Positions 7,852-17,937 of a DNA stretch of 32,000 nt are shown piece after piece. Source of the stretch: Mycolicibacterium smegmatis (GTDB lineage: Bacteria > Actinomycetota > Actinomycetes > Mycobacteriales > Mycobacteriaceae); assembly GCF_001457595.1 (NCBI RefSeq), contig NZ_LN831039.1:5910001-5942000 (forward strand). Reading direction: 5' to 3'. Each line of letters begins with the position of its first letter. Positions within the stretch are counted from its first letter, which is position 1. Below the pieces are notes generated by a model. It had not been told where the DNA came from and did no database searches. It was given only the letters and a program-made list of their open reading frames with translations. A program made the position numbers and the translations under genes.

Positions 7852-9053
7852 GCGTCGAACTCGACCACCAGGTGGCGGATCCCGGTATGGCGGTTGCTGC
7901 GCGTCCACTCGACGGGTTTGACCAGACGCGCCGCCGAGAACCGGCGCAGCAGTTCCTCGAACAGCACCCGCAACTCCAGGCGTGCGAGGTTGGCGCCCAG
8001 GCAGTAGTGCACACCCTGACCGAAACCCAGGTGCGGATTGGGTTTTCGTGTGATGTCGAAGACGTCGGGATCGGTGAAGACCAGCGGATCCCGGTTCGCC
8101 GAGCCCTCCCAGATCTGCACCTTGTCGCCCGCGGCGATCCGGCAGCCACCCAGTTCGACATCGCGTGTCGCGGTGCGGCGCTTCGACGGTGACGGCGACG
8201 TCCAGCGCACCATCTCCTCGACCGCGGTGGGCAGCAACGCGAGATCCGCGCGTAGCAAAGCCATTTGCGACGGATGCTCGATGAGCGCGAGCAGCCCTCC
8301 TGCCACGGCGTTGCGGGTGGTCTCGGCACCCGCGCTGAACAGCAGGCTGAAGAACAGATACAACTCCAGGTCGGACAACTCGGCATCATGAGCGTTCGCC
8401 ACGACCGACAGCATGTCGTCGGTCGGCGCCGCTCGTTTGGCGGCGATCAGTTCCATGCCGTAGCGGTACATGCGGTTACCGGCCTCTTCGGGTGTCAACT
8501 GCCCCACCGAGGCCGTGCGGGAACCGGAGAAGTCGAACTGCGGCTCGATCGCGTGAAACAGCCAATGACGTTCGGATTCCGGCACTCCCAGCAGGATGCA
8601 GATCATCTGCATGGGCAGTTCCGCGGCCACCTCCACCAGGAAGTCCAGCGGCACGCCGGGTTCGACGGCGTCGAGCAGGCGCCGCGCGCGGACCCGCAGG
8701 TCCTCTTCCACGCGCGCGATCATGCGCGGGGTCAGCCCTGAGCTCACCAGGCGCCGGATCTGGGCGTGGCGCGGATCGTCCATCATGTTGAGCACCTGCC
8801 CGGCGATGGCCAGGTCCTGCAACAGGGTCCCGCCGTAGGGCCGTGACCCGCCGGTCACCGACGAGAACGTCACCGGATCACGAAGCACGGCAAGGGTTTC
8901 TGCGTACGTCGCGACCGACCAGAAGCCCTCGCCGTCCGGCGTGTGCTCGGTGGGTTCGTGCCAGTACACGGGTGCCTCACGCCGGTGGGCCTCGAACAGC
9001 GCGTGAGGAAACCCGTCGGCGAAGTTGTCGAGGTCGGTGAGGTCGGCCCGCAT
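7848..9053 (-). CDS. cyp126: Cytochrome P450, 401 aa (CYP126-like by position next to purB)
   Basis: Heme loop [15 protein letters not shown]-helix AGAETT, EMVRW (ExxR). It starts 16 nt after the purB stop, matching the Mtb purB-cyp126 arrangement. The name rests on synteny only. Confidence 0.85.
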   Translation of the reverse strand: MRADLTDLDNFADGFPHALFEAHRREAPVYWHEPTEHTPDGEGFWSVATYAETLAVLRDPVTFSSVTGGSRPYGGTLLQDLAIAGQVLNMMDDPRHAQIRRLVSSGLTPRMIARVEEDLRVRARRLLDAVEPGVPLDFLVEVAAELPMQMICILLGVPESERHWLFHAIEPQFDFSGSRTASVGQLTPEEAGNRMYRYGMELIAAKRAAPTDDMLSVVANAHDAELSDLELYLFFSLLFSAGAETTRNAVAGGLLALIEHPSQMALLRADLALLPTAVEEMVRWTSPSPSKRRTATRDVELGGCRIAAGDKVQIWEGSANRDPLVFTDPDVFDITRKPNPHLGFGQGVHYCLGANLARLELRVLFEELLRRFSAARLVKPVEWTRSNRHTGIRHLVVEFDA

Positions 9054-9069
9054 CAGATCACAATATTGC

Positions 9070-10488
9070 TCACAAGATCGCGCCCGAGGTGTATTTCGCC
9101 GCTTCCGGATAACGGCTCACCAGTTCACCGACGGCTGCGACGACACCGTCCACCTGATCGCCTGCCGCGCCCGTGAAAGCCTGCTTGTCCTCCAGCGCGG
9201 CCTCAAGGGCCACCTTGTCCAGCGGCAGGCGCGGATCGCCCGCCAGGCGGTCGATGAGGTCGGGTTCCCTGCCCTGCTCGCGCATCGCGAGCGCCACCGC
9301 GACGGCGTGTTCCTTGATGACCTCGTGGGCGGCCTCGCGTCCGACACCCGCGCGCACCGCGGCCATGAGGATGCGGGTGGTGGCCAAAAACGGCAGGTAG
9401 CGGTCGAGTTCGCGCTGGATGACCGCCGGGTAGGCACCGAACTCGTCGAGCACCGTCAGGAACGTCTCGGTCTGCCCGTCGATCGCGAAGAACGCGTCGG
9501 GCAGTGCGACGCGGCGCACCACCGAGCAGAACACGTCGCCCTCGTTCCACTGCGCACCGGCGAGTTCGGCGGCCATCGACGCGTATCCGCGCAGGACCAC
9601 CTGCAACCCGTTGACGCGCTCACATGAGCGGGTGTTCATCTTGTGCGGCATGGCCGACGACCCCACCTGCCCGGGCGCGAAGCCCTCGGTGACCAGTTCG
9701 TGGCCCGCCATCAGGCGGATGGTGTGTGCCATCGACGACGGGCCTGCGCCGAACTGCACCAGCGCCGAGAGCACGTCGTGATCGAGCGAACGCGGGTAGA
9801 CCTGGCCGACACTGGTGAAAACCTCGGTGAACCCGAGGAATTCGGCGACGCGGCGCTCAAGGTCGGCGAGTTTGCCCACGTCGCCGCCGAACAGGTCGAG
9901 CATGTCCTGCGCGGTGCCCATGGGGCCCTTGACGCCGCGCAGTGGGTAGCGGTCGATCAGCTCGCGCAGCCGGGTCAACGCCACCAGGGTTTCCTCGGCG
10001 GCCGACGCGAATCGCTTGCCCAGCGTCGTGGCCTGGGCCGCGACGTTGTGGCTGCGGCCTGCCATCACGAGGTCGCGGTAGACGACGGCGCGCTCGGCCA
10101 GGCGGGCCACCACGGCGACGCCGTGGGAGAACACCAGCTCGAGCGACTGGCGGATCTGCAGTTGCTCGACGTTCTCGGTGAGGTCGCGGCTCGTCATGCC
10201 CTTGTGCACGTGCTCGTGCCCGGCCAGCGCGTTGAACTCCTCGATGCGCGCCTTGACGTCGTGGCGGGTGACGCGTTCACGCGCGGCGATCGACTCCAGG
10301 TCGACGTTCTCCAGCACCCGCTCATAGTCCTCGACGACGCCGTCTGGCACGGCCACCCCCAGTTCGGCCTGGGCACGCAGAACGGCCAGCCACAACCGCC
10401 GTTCCGCGATGATCTTGGCTTCCGGCGACCAGATGGCAACCATCTCGTCGCTTGCGTAGCGGTTGGCCAGAACATTCGGAATCGTCAC
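9070..10488 (-). CDS. purB: Adenylosuccinate lyase, 472 aa
   Basis: ORF 9070..11358 trimmed to GTG at 10488. The N-terminus [24 protein letters not shown] matches the remembered Mtb PurB N-terminus. It carries the fumarate-lyase signature [15 protein letters not shown], and the length equals that of Mtb PurB. Confidence 0.95.
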   Translation of the reverse strand: MTIPNVLANRYASDEMVAIWSPEAKIIAERRLWLAVLRAQAELGVAVPDGVVEDYERVLENVDLESIAARERVTRHDVKARIEEFNALAGHEHVHKGMTSRDLTENVEQLQIRQSLELVFSHGVAVVARLAERAVVYRDLVMAGRSHNVAAQATTLGKRFASAAEETLVALTRLRELIDRYPLRGVKGPMGTAQDMLDLFGGDVGKLADLERRVAEFLGFTEVFTSVGQVYPRSLDHDVLSALVQFGAGPSSMAHTIRLMAGHELVTEGFAPGQVGSSAMPHKMNTRSCERVNGLQVVLRGYASMAAELAGAQWNEGDVFCSVVRRVALPDAFFAIDGQTETFLTVLDEFGAYPAVIQRELDRYLPFLATTRILMAAVRAGVGREAAHEVIKEHAVAVALAMREQGREPDLIDRLAGDPRLPLDKVALEAALEDKQAFTGAAGDQVDGVVAAVGELVSRYPEAAKYTSGAIL

Positions 10489-10527
10489 GAACACACAGCT
10501 TAGGCGTTGATAAGGCAGGCTGGAGAC

Positions 10528-12231
10528 ATGCACCACCCCCCGTACTTCGTGGGCATCGACCTCGCCTGGGGAGAACGCAAGCCCACGGGCGTCGCGGTCG
10601 TCGACACCGACGGCAGGCTGGTCCACCTGTCGGCGGCCACGGACGACGACAGCATCATCGCCGCACTCGCGCCGTTCACCGGCGCCGAGTGTGTGGCCGG
10701 TATCGACGCCCCGCTGATCGTCACCAACCCGACCGGCAACCGCCCCGCCGAGGCCGCGTTGAACAGGGACTTCCGGCCGTTCGAGGCCGGTGCGCACCCG
10801 TCGAACACCGGTAAGCCCGAGTTCGCGGGCACCCCGCGCGGCGCGCGGCTGGCCGAGGCGCTCGACCTCGATCTTGACCCACGCTCGGAGCGGCCGCGCC
10901 GTGCGCTCGAGGTCTATCCGCACGCCGCGTCGGTCGCGCTGTTCCGGCTGGGCCGGACGCTGAAGTACAAGGCCAAGCCGGGCCGCAGCTTCGAACAGCT
11001 GCGCTCGGAGCTGTTGCGGCTGATGGAGCTGATCGCGGGCCTGCGCCACGCCGACGTCCCGCTCGACGTGTCGGCCAGCGAACAGTGGCGGCAGCTGTAC
11101 TCCGCGGTGGAGGGCGCCTCGACCAAGAGTGAGCTGCGCCGCGCCGAGGATCCCGTGGACGCGGTGTTGTGCGCGTACATCGCGCTGTACGCCGCCCGCA
11201 GGCCCGACGACATCACGATCTACGGCGACACCGAGACCGGGTACATCCTGACCCCGACGCTGCCGCAGGATCTGATGCCGCACTCGGCGCTGCCTCCCGC
11301 GGTCGCCGAGTACGCGGCCCGGCGCCCGGCGCTGGTCCATGCCACGGCGCGCTATCACGACCTCGTGACGGGTCTGCTCGACGACGCGGGCATCAACTAC
11401 CTGAGCATCACCTCGCGCACCAAGACCGTCGAGTCGTTCGCGGAGAAGGCCGTGCGCACCGCGGGCGGTGAGCCGCTGTACACCGACCCGCTCGTGGAGA
11501 TCACCGATCAGGTGGGGCTGCGGGTCATCACATATCTACGTGAGGACGTCGACGCGGTGGCCAATCTGCTGGCCGACGAGATGCGTCTGCTCGACGACCG
11601 GGACATGGGCGCCGAGACCGCGCGTGAGGGTCGCTGGGGTTACGCCAGCAGGCACCTGCTGGTCGGCATGGAGGGCGAACAGCAGCCCGCGTCGATCCAG
11701 GTGCGCACGGTGCTGCAGCACGCGTGGGCCGAGTTCGAGCACGACGTGCGCTACAAGGGTTCCATCCCGGCCGCGCACGTCACCGAACTGGATCGCCGGT
11801 TCACGCTGGCCGCGGGTCTGCTGGAGCTGGCCGACCGGGAGTTCTCCGAGATCCGGAACCGGTTGCGCACCACCATGACCGAGGAGGAGACCGAGTTCTC
11901 ACCGGACTCGCGTATCCCCAGTCCGGTGCTCGCGACGTACCTGGGCAACCGGTTCGACGATGCCGGCTGGTCGCGCACCGACCACTACGGCTGGATCTCG
12001 GGTCTGCTGCTCGAGCTCGGCATCACCTCGCTGGACGCGCTGACGGCCGTGCTGGACTCGGTCGACACCGACGAGATCAACCGGCTGATGGACTACCGCT
12101 ACCCGCCGGGTGCGGTGCGCCGCCTCGATGACGCGCTGCTTGCAGTCTTCGGCGACCGCTACCTCGACCTGCAGGGCAACGCGCATCGGGTTGCCTTGTT
12201 GCGCAACCGGTTCGAGAAGCTGCAGGCCTAG
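10528..12231 (+). CDS. relZ: Bifunctional DUF429 (RNase H-like nuclease) plus RelA/SpoT-type small alarmone synthetase, 567 aa (RelZ / MS_RHII-RSD type)
   Basis: The N-terminal ~250 aa carry YFVGIDLAWG, IDAPLIV.N..GNRP.E, EVYPHAA and DAVLCAYIAL, matching the DUF429 pattern. The middle region has SRTKTVESFAEKA, QVGLRVITY, GYASRHL, IQVRTVLQHAWAEFEHDVRYK, the RelA_SpoT synthetase core. A further ~150 aa C-terminal extension has no assigned domain. ATG at 10528 is preferred over TTG at 10507. Confidence 0.85.
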   Translation: MHHPPYFVGIDLAWGERKPTGVAVVDTDGRLVHLSAATDDDSIIAALAPFTGAECVAGIDAPLIVTNPTGNRPAEAALNRDFRPFEAGAHPSNTGKPEFAGTPRGARLAEALDLDLDPRSERPRRALEVYPHAASVALFRLGRTLKYKAKPGRSFEQLRSELLRLMELIAGLRHADVPLDVSASEQWRQLYSAVEGASTKSELRRAEDPVDAVLCAYIALYAARRPDDITIYGDTETGYILTPTLPQDLMPHSALPPAVAEYAARRPALVHATARYHDLVTGLLDDAGINYLSITSRTKTVESFAEKAVRTAGGEPLYTDPLVEITDQVGLRVITYLREDVDAVANLLADEMRLLDDRDMGAETAREGRWGYASRHLLVGMEGEQQPASIQVRTVLQHAWAEFEHDVRYKGSIPAAHVTELDRRFTLAAGLLELADREFSEIRNRLRTTMTEEETEFSPDSRIPSPVLATYLGNRFDDAGWSRTDHYGWISGLLLELGITSLDALTAVLDSVDTDEINRLMDYRYPPGAVRRLDDALLAVFGDRYLDLQGNAHRVALLRNRFEKLQA

Positions 12232-13652
12232 GGTGCGTCGGTCAGATGCGTCGGGTCGATCTGGGCCTTGCTGCTGATGCCGAGCCTGCGGTTGATGATC
12301 GTCGTGATCCCGAACAGCACGATTCCGATCGCGATCAGGATGCCCGCCAGGATGTACTGCTGCGCCGGGCGTCCTGAGAACGGCAGCACCAGGTAGGTCG
12401 ACGCGATGAACCCGATGACGGGCAGCACCGTCGGGGTCTTGAAGTGCGTGCCCTTCTCCCGCAGGTCACGACGCAGCACCAGCACCGCGATGTTGACCAC
12501 CGCGAACACCGCGAGCAGCAGCAGCGACGTCGTGCCGCCCAGCACCGCGATGGCGCTGCTGTTGGCGAACGCCGACACGTAGAAGATCAGGCCGAACGCG
12601 ATCAGCGTCGTGAACAGGATCGCCACCCATGGGGTGAGCCGGCGCGGATGCACGCTCCCCAGCACGGGCGGAAGCACGCGCTGCCGCGCCATGCCGTAGA
12701 TCAGGCGGCTCGCCATGAGCATGTTGATGAGCGCGGTGTTCGACACCGCGAACATCGAGATGAACGGCAGGATGGTCTCGATCGGCAGTCCGGGTGCGCC
12801 GGCCTTGACCACCTCGACGAGCGGGGTCTCGCTGCCGGCCAGGACTCCGACGGGCACCAGTGCCACCGCGACGATCGACACCACGACGTACACCAGGCCC
12901 GCGATGCCCAGACCCGTCAGCAGCATCTTGGGGAAGATCCGCACGGGATCCTTGGTCTCCTCGGCCATGTTGACCGAGTCCTCGAACCCGACCATCGCGA
13001 AGAACGCGAGCGACGTCGCGGTGGAGACCGCGAGGAAAACGCCCTTGTCGGACGGGGTGTCGAACGCGACGACGCGCGAGAAGTCGATGTCCGCGCTGCC
13101 GCCGGTGAACGCCCACAACCCGACCAGGATCACCAGCGCCAGGCCGGTGATCTCGATGAACGTGAGGAAGACGTTGAGCTTGACGCTCTCGCTGACGCCG
13201 CGGAAGTTGACCGCGGCGATCAACGCCATGAACAGCAGTGCCAGCACCACCACTCCGGCCTTACCCCAGTCGAGGTGCAGGCCCGTGAAGAAGTTGGCCG
13301 CGAAGAACCGCGAAGCCGTTGAGGCCGACGTGATTCCGGAACACATCACGATGAACGCCACCAGGAACGTGACGAAGTGGATGCCGAAAGCCTTGTGCGC
13401 GTAGAGCGCAGCGCCCGCGGCCTGCGGGTACTTGGTCACCAGCTCCAGATAGCTGAACGCGGTCACCGTCGCGACGAGAAACGCCACCAGGAAGGGGAGC
13501 CAGGCCGCACCGCCGACCTCTTTGGCGACCTGACCGGTGAGGGCGTAGACGCCGGTGCCGAGGATGTCTCCGACGACGAACAACAACAAGAGGCCGGGGC
13601 CCATGACCCGCCGCAATTGCGGCTGCTCTTCGACCATTTCGGGATTCGTCAT
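12228..13652 (-). CDS. APC-superfamily amino acid permease, 474 aa
   Basis: Twelve predicted TM segments. N-terminal motif LLLLFVVGDILGTGVYALTG. A strong SD (GGAGGAGGGGGA) lies before the ATG at 13652. Confidence 0.9.
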   Translation of the reverse strand: MTNPEMVEEQPQLRRVMGPGLLLLFVVGDILGTGVYALTGQVAKEVGGAAWLPFLVAFLVATVTAFSYLELVTKYPQAAGAALYAHKAFGIHFVTFLVAFIVMCSGITSASTASRFFAANFFTGLHLDWGKAGVVVLALLFMALIAAVNFRGVSESVKLNVFLTFIEITGLALVILVGLWAFTGGSADIDFSRVVAFDTPSDKGVFLAVSTATSLAFFAMVGFEDSVNMAEETKDPVRIFPKMLLTGLGIAGLVYVVVSIVAVALVPVGVLAGSETPLVEVVKAGAPGLPIETILPFISMFAVSNTALINMLMASRLIYGMARQRVLPPVLGSVHPRRLTPWVAILFTTLIAFGLIFYVSAFANSSAIAVLGGTTSLLLLAVFAVVNIAVLVLRRDLREKGTHFKTPTVLPVIGFIASTYLVLPFSGRPAQQYILAGILIAIGIVLFGITTIINRRLGISSKAQIDPTHLTDAP

Positions 13653-13671
13653 TCCCCCTCCTCCACTCCCG

Positions 13672-14301
13672 TCAGACCCGCACCGCCCTGTCGTCGACGG
13701 GGGCGAGCACGTCGATCACGTCGATCAGCGTCGCGCGGGCGCTGGCCCTCGGCCCGTCCCCCTCGTCCACCAGTGATGCCACCACGGCCCCGTCGACGGC
13801 GCACACCAGGGCGGTGACGAGTTCGGCCCGCACCGAGCGACCCGATCTCTCCACCGCCTCGACGACTGCGTCGGTGCGCTGTTGCAGTATGCGCCGTTGG
13901 ATGTCGCGCAGGCCTGGTTGACGCGCGCATGCGATGTAGCGTTCGTAACGGGAGATGAGTTCCTCGGTCACGCGTGCGCCCGGTTCGTCCCCGACCAACA
14001 GGTCGACGAGGATCTCGGCGGTCGACTCGGCGCCGCGCCGCCGCCGGGACAGCGAGGCGACGCTTTCGCGGAGCTGGTTCGCCTCACGCATGCCGATGTA
14101 CTCGACGGCCTTGGCGATGAGGTCGTCGAGGGATGAGAAATAGTACGTCGTCGACGCGAGCGGCAAACCCGCCCGCCGCGCCACCGCGCGGTGGCGCACA
14201 GCGTCGAAGCCGCCCTCGCACAGCAATTCTGCGGCCGCCCTGATGAGGGCGTACCGCCGACGCTCGCCTTTGGGAGTGACCGCTGCCGTCACGTTTAGCA
14301 T
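13672..14301 (-). CDS. TetR-family transcriptional regulator (Rv0775-like), 209 aa
   Basis: HTH region RRYALIRAAAELLCEGGFDAVRHRAVARRAGLPLASTTYYFSS. It ends 19 nt upstream of the permease start. Confidence 0.85.
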   Translation of the reverse strand: MLNVTAAVTPKGERRRYALIRAAAELLCEGGFDAVRHRAVARRAGLPLASTTYYFSSLDDLIAKAVEYIGMREANQLRESVASLSRRRRGAESTAEILVDLLVGDEPGARVTEELISRYERYIACARQPGLRDIQRRILQQRTDAVVEAVERSGRSVRAELVTALVCAVDGAVVASLVDEGDGPRASARATLIDVIDVLAPVDDRAVRV

Positions 14302-14408
14302 GCTGCCAGTAAGCCCCGACTCACATCGGGCTTTTGACCAATCATCAGTCTTTACTCAGGTTTGCGCGTCGCACGGCGCCGTCGGTTGCCCGTCGCGACG
14401 ATGGCAAG

Positions 14409-15302
14409 ATGGCCGGCATGCCAACGTTGAGCCGTCGCGCCGTACTGCGTCTCGGCGTCGGTGCGGCCGCGGGCGCGGCAGGCGCCGTCGCGTTCGGAGT
14501 CGCCGCGACCGCGACGCCGGGTCAGCCCGCTCCGCAAACACCACCGGCACCGCAGGCACCACCTGTCCCCTTGGAACCTCCTGCCACGGCAGCACCCACC
14601 TACGTGACGGGTTCGTTCGTGTCCGCGGCGCGCGGCGGCGTCGCCACCAACTGGGCCATCGCGCGGCCACCAGGACAGACCGCGCCGCTGCGACCGGTCA
14701 TCGCACTGCACGGCAAGGGACAGGACGCCGCGGGCGTGATGGCGGGCGGCGTCGAGCAGGGTCTCGCCGAAGCCGTCGCCGCGGGCCTGCCCCCGTTCGC
14801 TGTCGTCGCCGTCGACGGTGGCGGGAGCTATTGGCACAAGCGCGCATCCGGCGAGGATTCCGGCGCCATGGTGCTCGACGAGTTGATCCCGATGCTCGGC
14901 GAGCAAGGTCTCGACACGTCGCGGGTGGGCTTCCTCGGCTGGTCGATGGGCGGGTACGGCGCGTTGCTGCTCGGCTCACGCCTGGGCCCGGCGCGCACCG
15001 CGGCGATCTGCGCGGTGAGCCCGGCGCTGTGGACCTCGCCGGGCGCGGCGGCGCCAGGGGCGTTCGACAACGCCGAGGACTACAACGCGAACAGCGTGTG
15101 GGGGCAACCCGCGCTGGCGTCGATCCCGCTCCGGATCGATTGCGGCACCAGCGATCCCTTCTACGCGGCGACCCGGCAGTTCATCGCGCAACTGCCGAAC
15201 GCGCCCGCGGGCGGGTTCTCACCCGGCGGCCACAACGGCGAGTTCTGGAGCGCACAGTTACCCGGCGAGCTGACCTGGATGGCCCCGCTGCTGGTTGCCT
15301 AG
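14409..15302 (+). CDS. Tat-exported alpha/beta-hydrolase (esterase D-like, Rv0774c-like), 297 aa
   Basis: Twin-arginine signal MAGMPTLSRRAVLRLGVGAAAGAAGAVAF, then a Pro-rich linker and the nucleophile elbow GWSMGG. ORF 14334 is trimmed to ATG 14409; 14418 is also possible. Confidence 0.8.
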   Translation: MAGMPTLSRRAVLRLGVGAAAGAAGAVAFGVAATATPGQPAPQTPPAPQAPPVPLEPPATAAPTYVTGSFVSAARGGVATNWAIARPPGQTAPLRPVIALHGKGQDAAGVMAGGVEQGLAEAVAAGLPPFAVVAVDGGGSYWHKRASGEDSGAMVLDELIPMLGEQGLDTSRVGFLGWSMGGYGALLLGSRLGPARTAAICAVSPALWTSPGAAAPGAFDNAEDYNANSVWGQPALASIPLRIDCGTSDPFYAATRQFIAQLPNAPAGGFSPGGHNGEFWSAQLPGELTWMAPLLVA

Positions 15303-15307
15303 CGACG

Positions 15308-16576
15308 TCAGACGGAGATCCGGCCCTCGGCGGCTGCCAGGCCGATGTCGGAGCGGAAGTGGCTGCCCGGCAATCGGATCGACTTGGCCAACCCGTAGGC
15401 GGCCTCGCGTGCGGCGGACAGGTCGGCGCCCGTGCCGACGACCGAGAGCACGCGCCCGCCCGATGAGACCACCGCGCCGTCGTCGCGGCGCGCGGTGCCC
15501 GCGTGCAGCACACCGTCGGCGTCGGCACCGTGGATCGGGTCACCCACACGGGGACGTCCCGGGTAGTTCTCGGCGGCGACGACGATCGTGACGGCATATC
15601 CGTCGTGCCACTGCAGTTCGCCGAACGACGCGAGTTCACCGGTCGCGGCCGCGCGCAGCAACTGCCCCAGCGGGGATTCGAGCAGCGCGAGCACGGCCTG
15701 CGTCTCGGGATCGCCGAAACGGCAGTTGAATTCGACGACCGCGGGCCCGTTGGACGTGATCGCGAGGCCGGCATAGAGCAGGCCCGAGAACGAGCTGCCA
15801 CGCCTGACGAGTTCTGCCGCAACGGGTTTGACGATATCGTCGACGATCTGCGTGGTCACCGAATCGGGCAGCCAGGGCAGCGGCGCGTAGGCGCCCATGC
15901 CGCCCGTGTTGGGTCCGGAGTCGTTGTCGCCGACGCGCTTGAAATCCTGTGCGGGCAGCAGCGGCACCACCGTCTCGCCGTCGACCACACAGAACAGCGA
16001 GACCTCGGGACCGTCGAGGAACGACTCGAGGAGCACGGGATGTCCCGAGTCGAGCAGGCTCGCCGCGTGCGCGCGGGCCGCGTCGCGGTCGGCGGTGACC
16101 ACCACACCCTTGCCCGCGGCCAGCCCGTCGTCCTTGACCACCCAGGCGGCCTGCCCGGCGGGCGGACCGAACCGGTCCAGCGCGGCGTCCAGATGACCCG
16201 GGTTGTCGACGACCTCGGAGGTCGCGGTGCGCACCCCGGCGGCGGACATGACGTCCTTGGCGAATGCCTTGGAACCCTCGATGCGTGCGGCGTCCTTGGT
16301 GGGGCCGAAGCAGGCGATGCCGGCTTCGCGGACGGCGTCGGCGACACCGAGGACCAGGGGCACCTCGGGGCCGATCACGACCAGGTCGGCGCCGATGCGT
16401 TGCGCGAGCTTGACCACGGCCTCACCGGAGGTGACGTCGACGTCGTACTGGTCGGCGATCGACGAGGTCCCCGCGTTGCCGGGAGCCACGGCCAGCCCCT
16501 CGACTTCGGGGTCTCTTCGCAGAGCCAGGAGCAGGGCATGTTCACGGGCACCGGATCCGATTACGAGGACGCGCAC
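15308..16576 (-). CDS. purD: Phosphoribosylamine-glycine ligase (GAR synthetase), 422 aa
   Basis: ORF 15308..16612 trimmed to GTG at 16576 ([19 protein letters not shown], as in Mtb PurD). ATP-grasp motifs are present and the length equals that of Mtb PurD. Confidence 0.95.
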   Translation of the reverse strand: MRVLVIGSGAREHALLLALRRDPEVEGLAVAPGNAGTSSIADQYDVDVTSGEAVVKLAQRIGADLVVIGPEVPLVLGVADAVREAGIACFGPTKDAARIEGSKAFAKDVMSAAGVRTATSEVVDNPGHLDAALDRFGPPAGQAAWVVKDDGLAAGKGVVVTADRDAARAHAASLLDSGHPVLLESFLDGPEVSLFCVVDGETVVPLLPAQDFKRVGDNDSGPNTGGMGAYAPLPWLPDSVTTQIVDDIVKPVAAELVRRGSSFSGLLYAGLAITSNGPAVVEFNCRFGDPETQAVLALLESPLGQLLRAAATGELASFGELQWHDGYAVTIVVAAENYPGRPRVGDPIHGADADGVLHAGTARRDDGAVVSSGGRVLSVVGTGADLSAAREAAYGLAKSIRLPGSHFRSDIGLAAAEGRISV

Positions 16577-16674
16577 GATCCTCAAGACTAGCCCCAAGAT
16601 CCGGGCATACACTTCGCGCTTTGATGTATGGTCTGAAGAAGCGTGTTCGACGTCACACGAGGGGATGATCCGGC

Positions 16675-17910
16675 TTGACGACCATGAACACCTGCCAGTT
16701 CGGCAACGGGTACGACTTCACCGATCCGGACGTCCTGTTCCGCGGTATCCCGGTCGAGGAATTCGCCGTGCTGCGCAAGACCGCGCCGGTGTGGTGGAAC
16801 CAGCAGGGCGAGTCGATATTCGACGACGGCGGCTACTGGGTGATCAGCCGCCACGAGGACATCAAGACCATCTCGCGTGACGGCGGAGAAGTGTGGTCCA
16901 CCAACGCGAAAGGCGCGGTCATGCGCCTGCCCGACGGCGTGACCGCCGAGCAGCTCGACCTCACGAAGGCGTTGCTCATCAACCACGACGCACCAGAGCA
17001 CACGCGGCTGCGCAAGCTCGTGTCGCGGTTGTTCACGCCACGCTCGGTGGCCGCGCTGGAGGAGAAACTCGCGGTCGCCGCACACGACATCGTCGCCGAG
17101 GCCAAGGCCGAGGGCAGTGGCAATTTCGTCGAGGACATCGCGATGAAGCTCCCGCTGCTGGCGATCGCCGACCTGATCGGCGTGCCCGAGGCGGACCGCG
17201 AGAAGATCTTCGCCTGGTCCAACGCGATCATCAACACCGACGACCCGGATTTCGACTCCGACCCCACCGTGGCCAACGCCGAATTGATGGGCTACGCGTA
17301 CACCATGGCCGAGGAGCGCAGACGGTGCCCGGCCGACGACATCGTGACGCGCCTGGTGCAGGCCGACGTCAGCGGTGAGTCGCTCGGGGAAGTGGAGTTC
17401 GCGTTCTTCGTGATCCTGTTGGCCGTCGCGGGTAACGAGACCACGCGCAACGCCATCACACACGGCATGAACGCGTTCTTCGAAAACCCGGACCAGTGGG
17501 AGCTTTTCAAGCGTGAGCGCCCGATCACGGCGGTCGACGAGATCGTCCGGTGGGCCACGCCCGTGCACTGTTTCCAGCGCACGGCCGTCGTCGACACCGA
17601 GATCGGCGGCGTACCGATCAAGGCGGGTCAGCGCGCCGGGCTGTTCTACAGTTCGGCCAACTACGACGAGGACGTGTTCGACGACCCGTTCCGCTTCGAC
17701 ATCCTGCGCGACCCCAACCCGCATCTGGGCTTCGGCGGCAACGGCGCGCACTACTGCATCGGCGCCAACCTGGCCCGCATGGAGATCCGGCTGATGTTCG
17801 ACGAGATCGCCGACCAGATCCCCGACATCACCAAAGTGGGCGAACCGCAACGGCTCCGGTCGGGGTGGATCAACGGCGTCAAGGACCTGCAGGTCTCCTA
17901 CCGCGGGTGA
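16675..17910 (+). CDS. Cytochrome P450, 411 aa, CYP125/CYP124-like
   Basis: Heme loop [28 protein letters not shown]. The C-terminus [19 protein letters not shown] resembles the CYP125 C-terminus. The start is TTG 16675 (10 nt after GAGGGG) or ATG 16684. Confidence 0.88.
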   Translation: MTTMNTCQFGNGYDFTDPDVLFRGIPVEEFAVLRKTAPVWWNQQGESIFDDGGYWVISRHEDIKTISRDGGEVWSTNAKGAVMRLPDGVTAEQLDLTKALLINHDAPEHTRLRKLVSRLFTPRSVAALEEKLAVAAHDIVAEAKAEGSGNFVEDIAMKLPLLAIADLIGVPEADREKIFAWSNAIINTDDPDFDSDPTVANAELMGYAYTMAEERRRCPADDIVTRLVQADVSGESLGEVEFAFFVILLAVAGNETTRNAITHGMNAFFENPDQWELFKRERPITAVDEIVRWATPVHCFQRTAVVDTEIGGVPIKAGQRAGLFYSSANYDEDVFDDPFRFDILRDPNPHLGFGGNGAHYCIGANLARMEIRLMFDEIADQIPDITKVGEPQRLRSGWINGVKDLQVSYRG

Positions 17911-17937
17911 CCAGCGGGGCTGATCTACTATTCGCGC

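Noticed and set aside
9070-11358. 5' extensions of real genes in the ORF track: purB to 11358, ptrB to 4467, aldA to 23539 or 23449, purD to 16612, esterase to 14334, relZ TTG 10507, membrane protein to 3993.
   Set aside because: The extensions run into or through neighbouring genes and translate to Arg-rich junk. The trimmed starts reproduce the remembered ortholog N-termini and lengths (PurB, PurD, AldA, AdhB) or give classic ATGA/GTGA coupling or SD spacing.
10528-12231. Reading the RelA/SpoT-domain gene as a toxic small alarmone synthetase (toxSAS) toxin-antitoxin or phage-defence module.
   Set aside because: There is no small adjacent antitoxin gene. The neighbours are purB and a convergent permease. 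The N-terminal DUF429 fusion matches the housekeeping actinobacterial RelZ-type architecture. Only the unassigned C-terminal region keeps this idea marginally alive, as noted in the finding.
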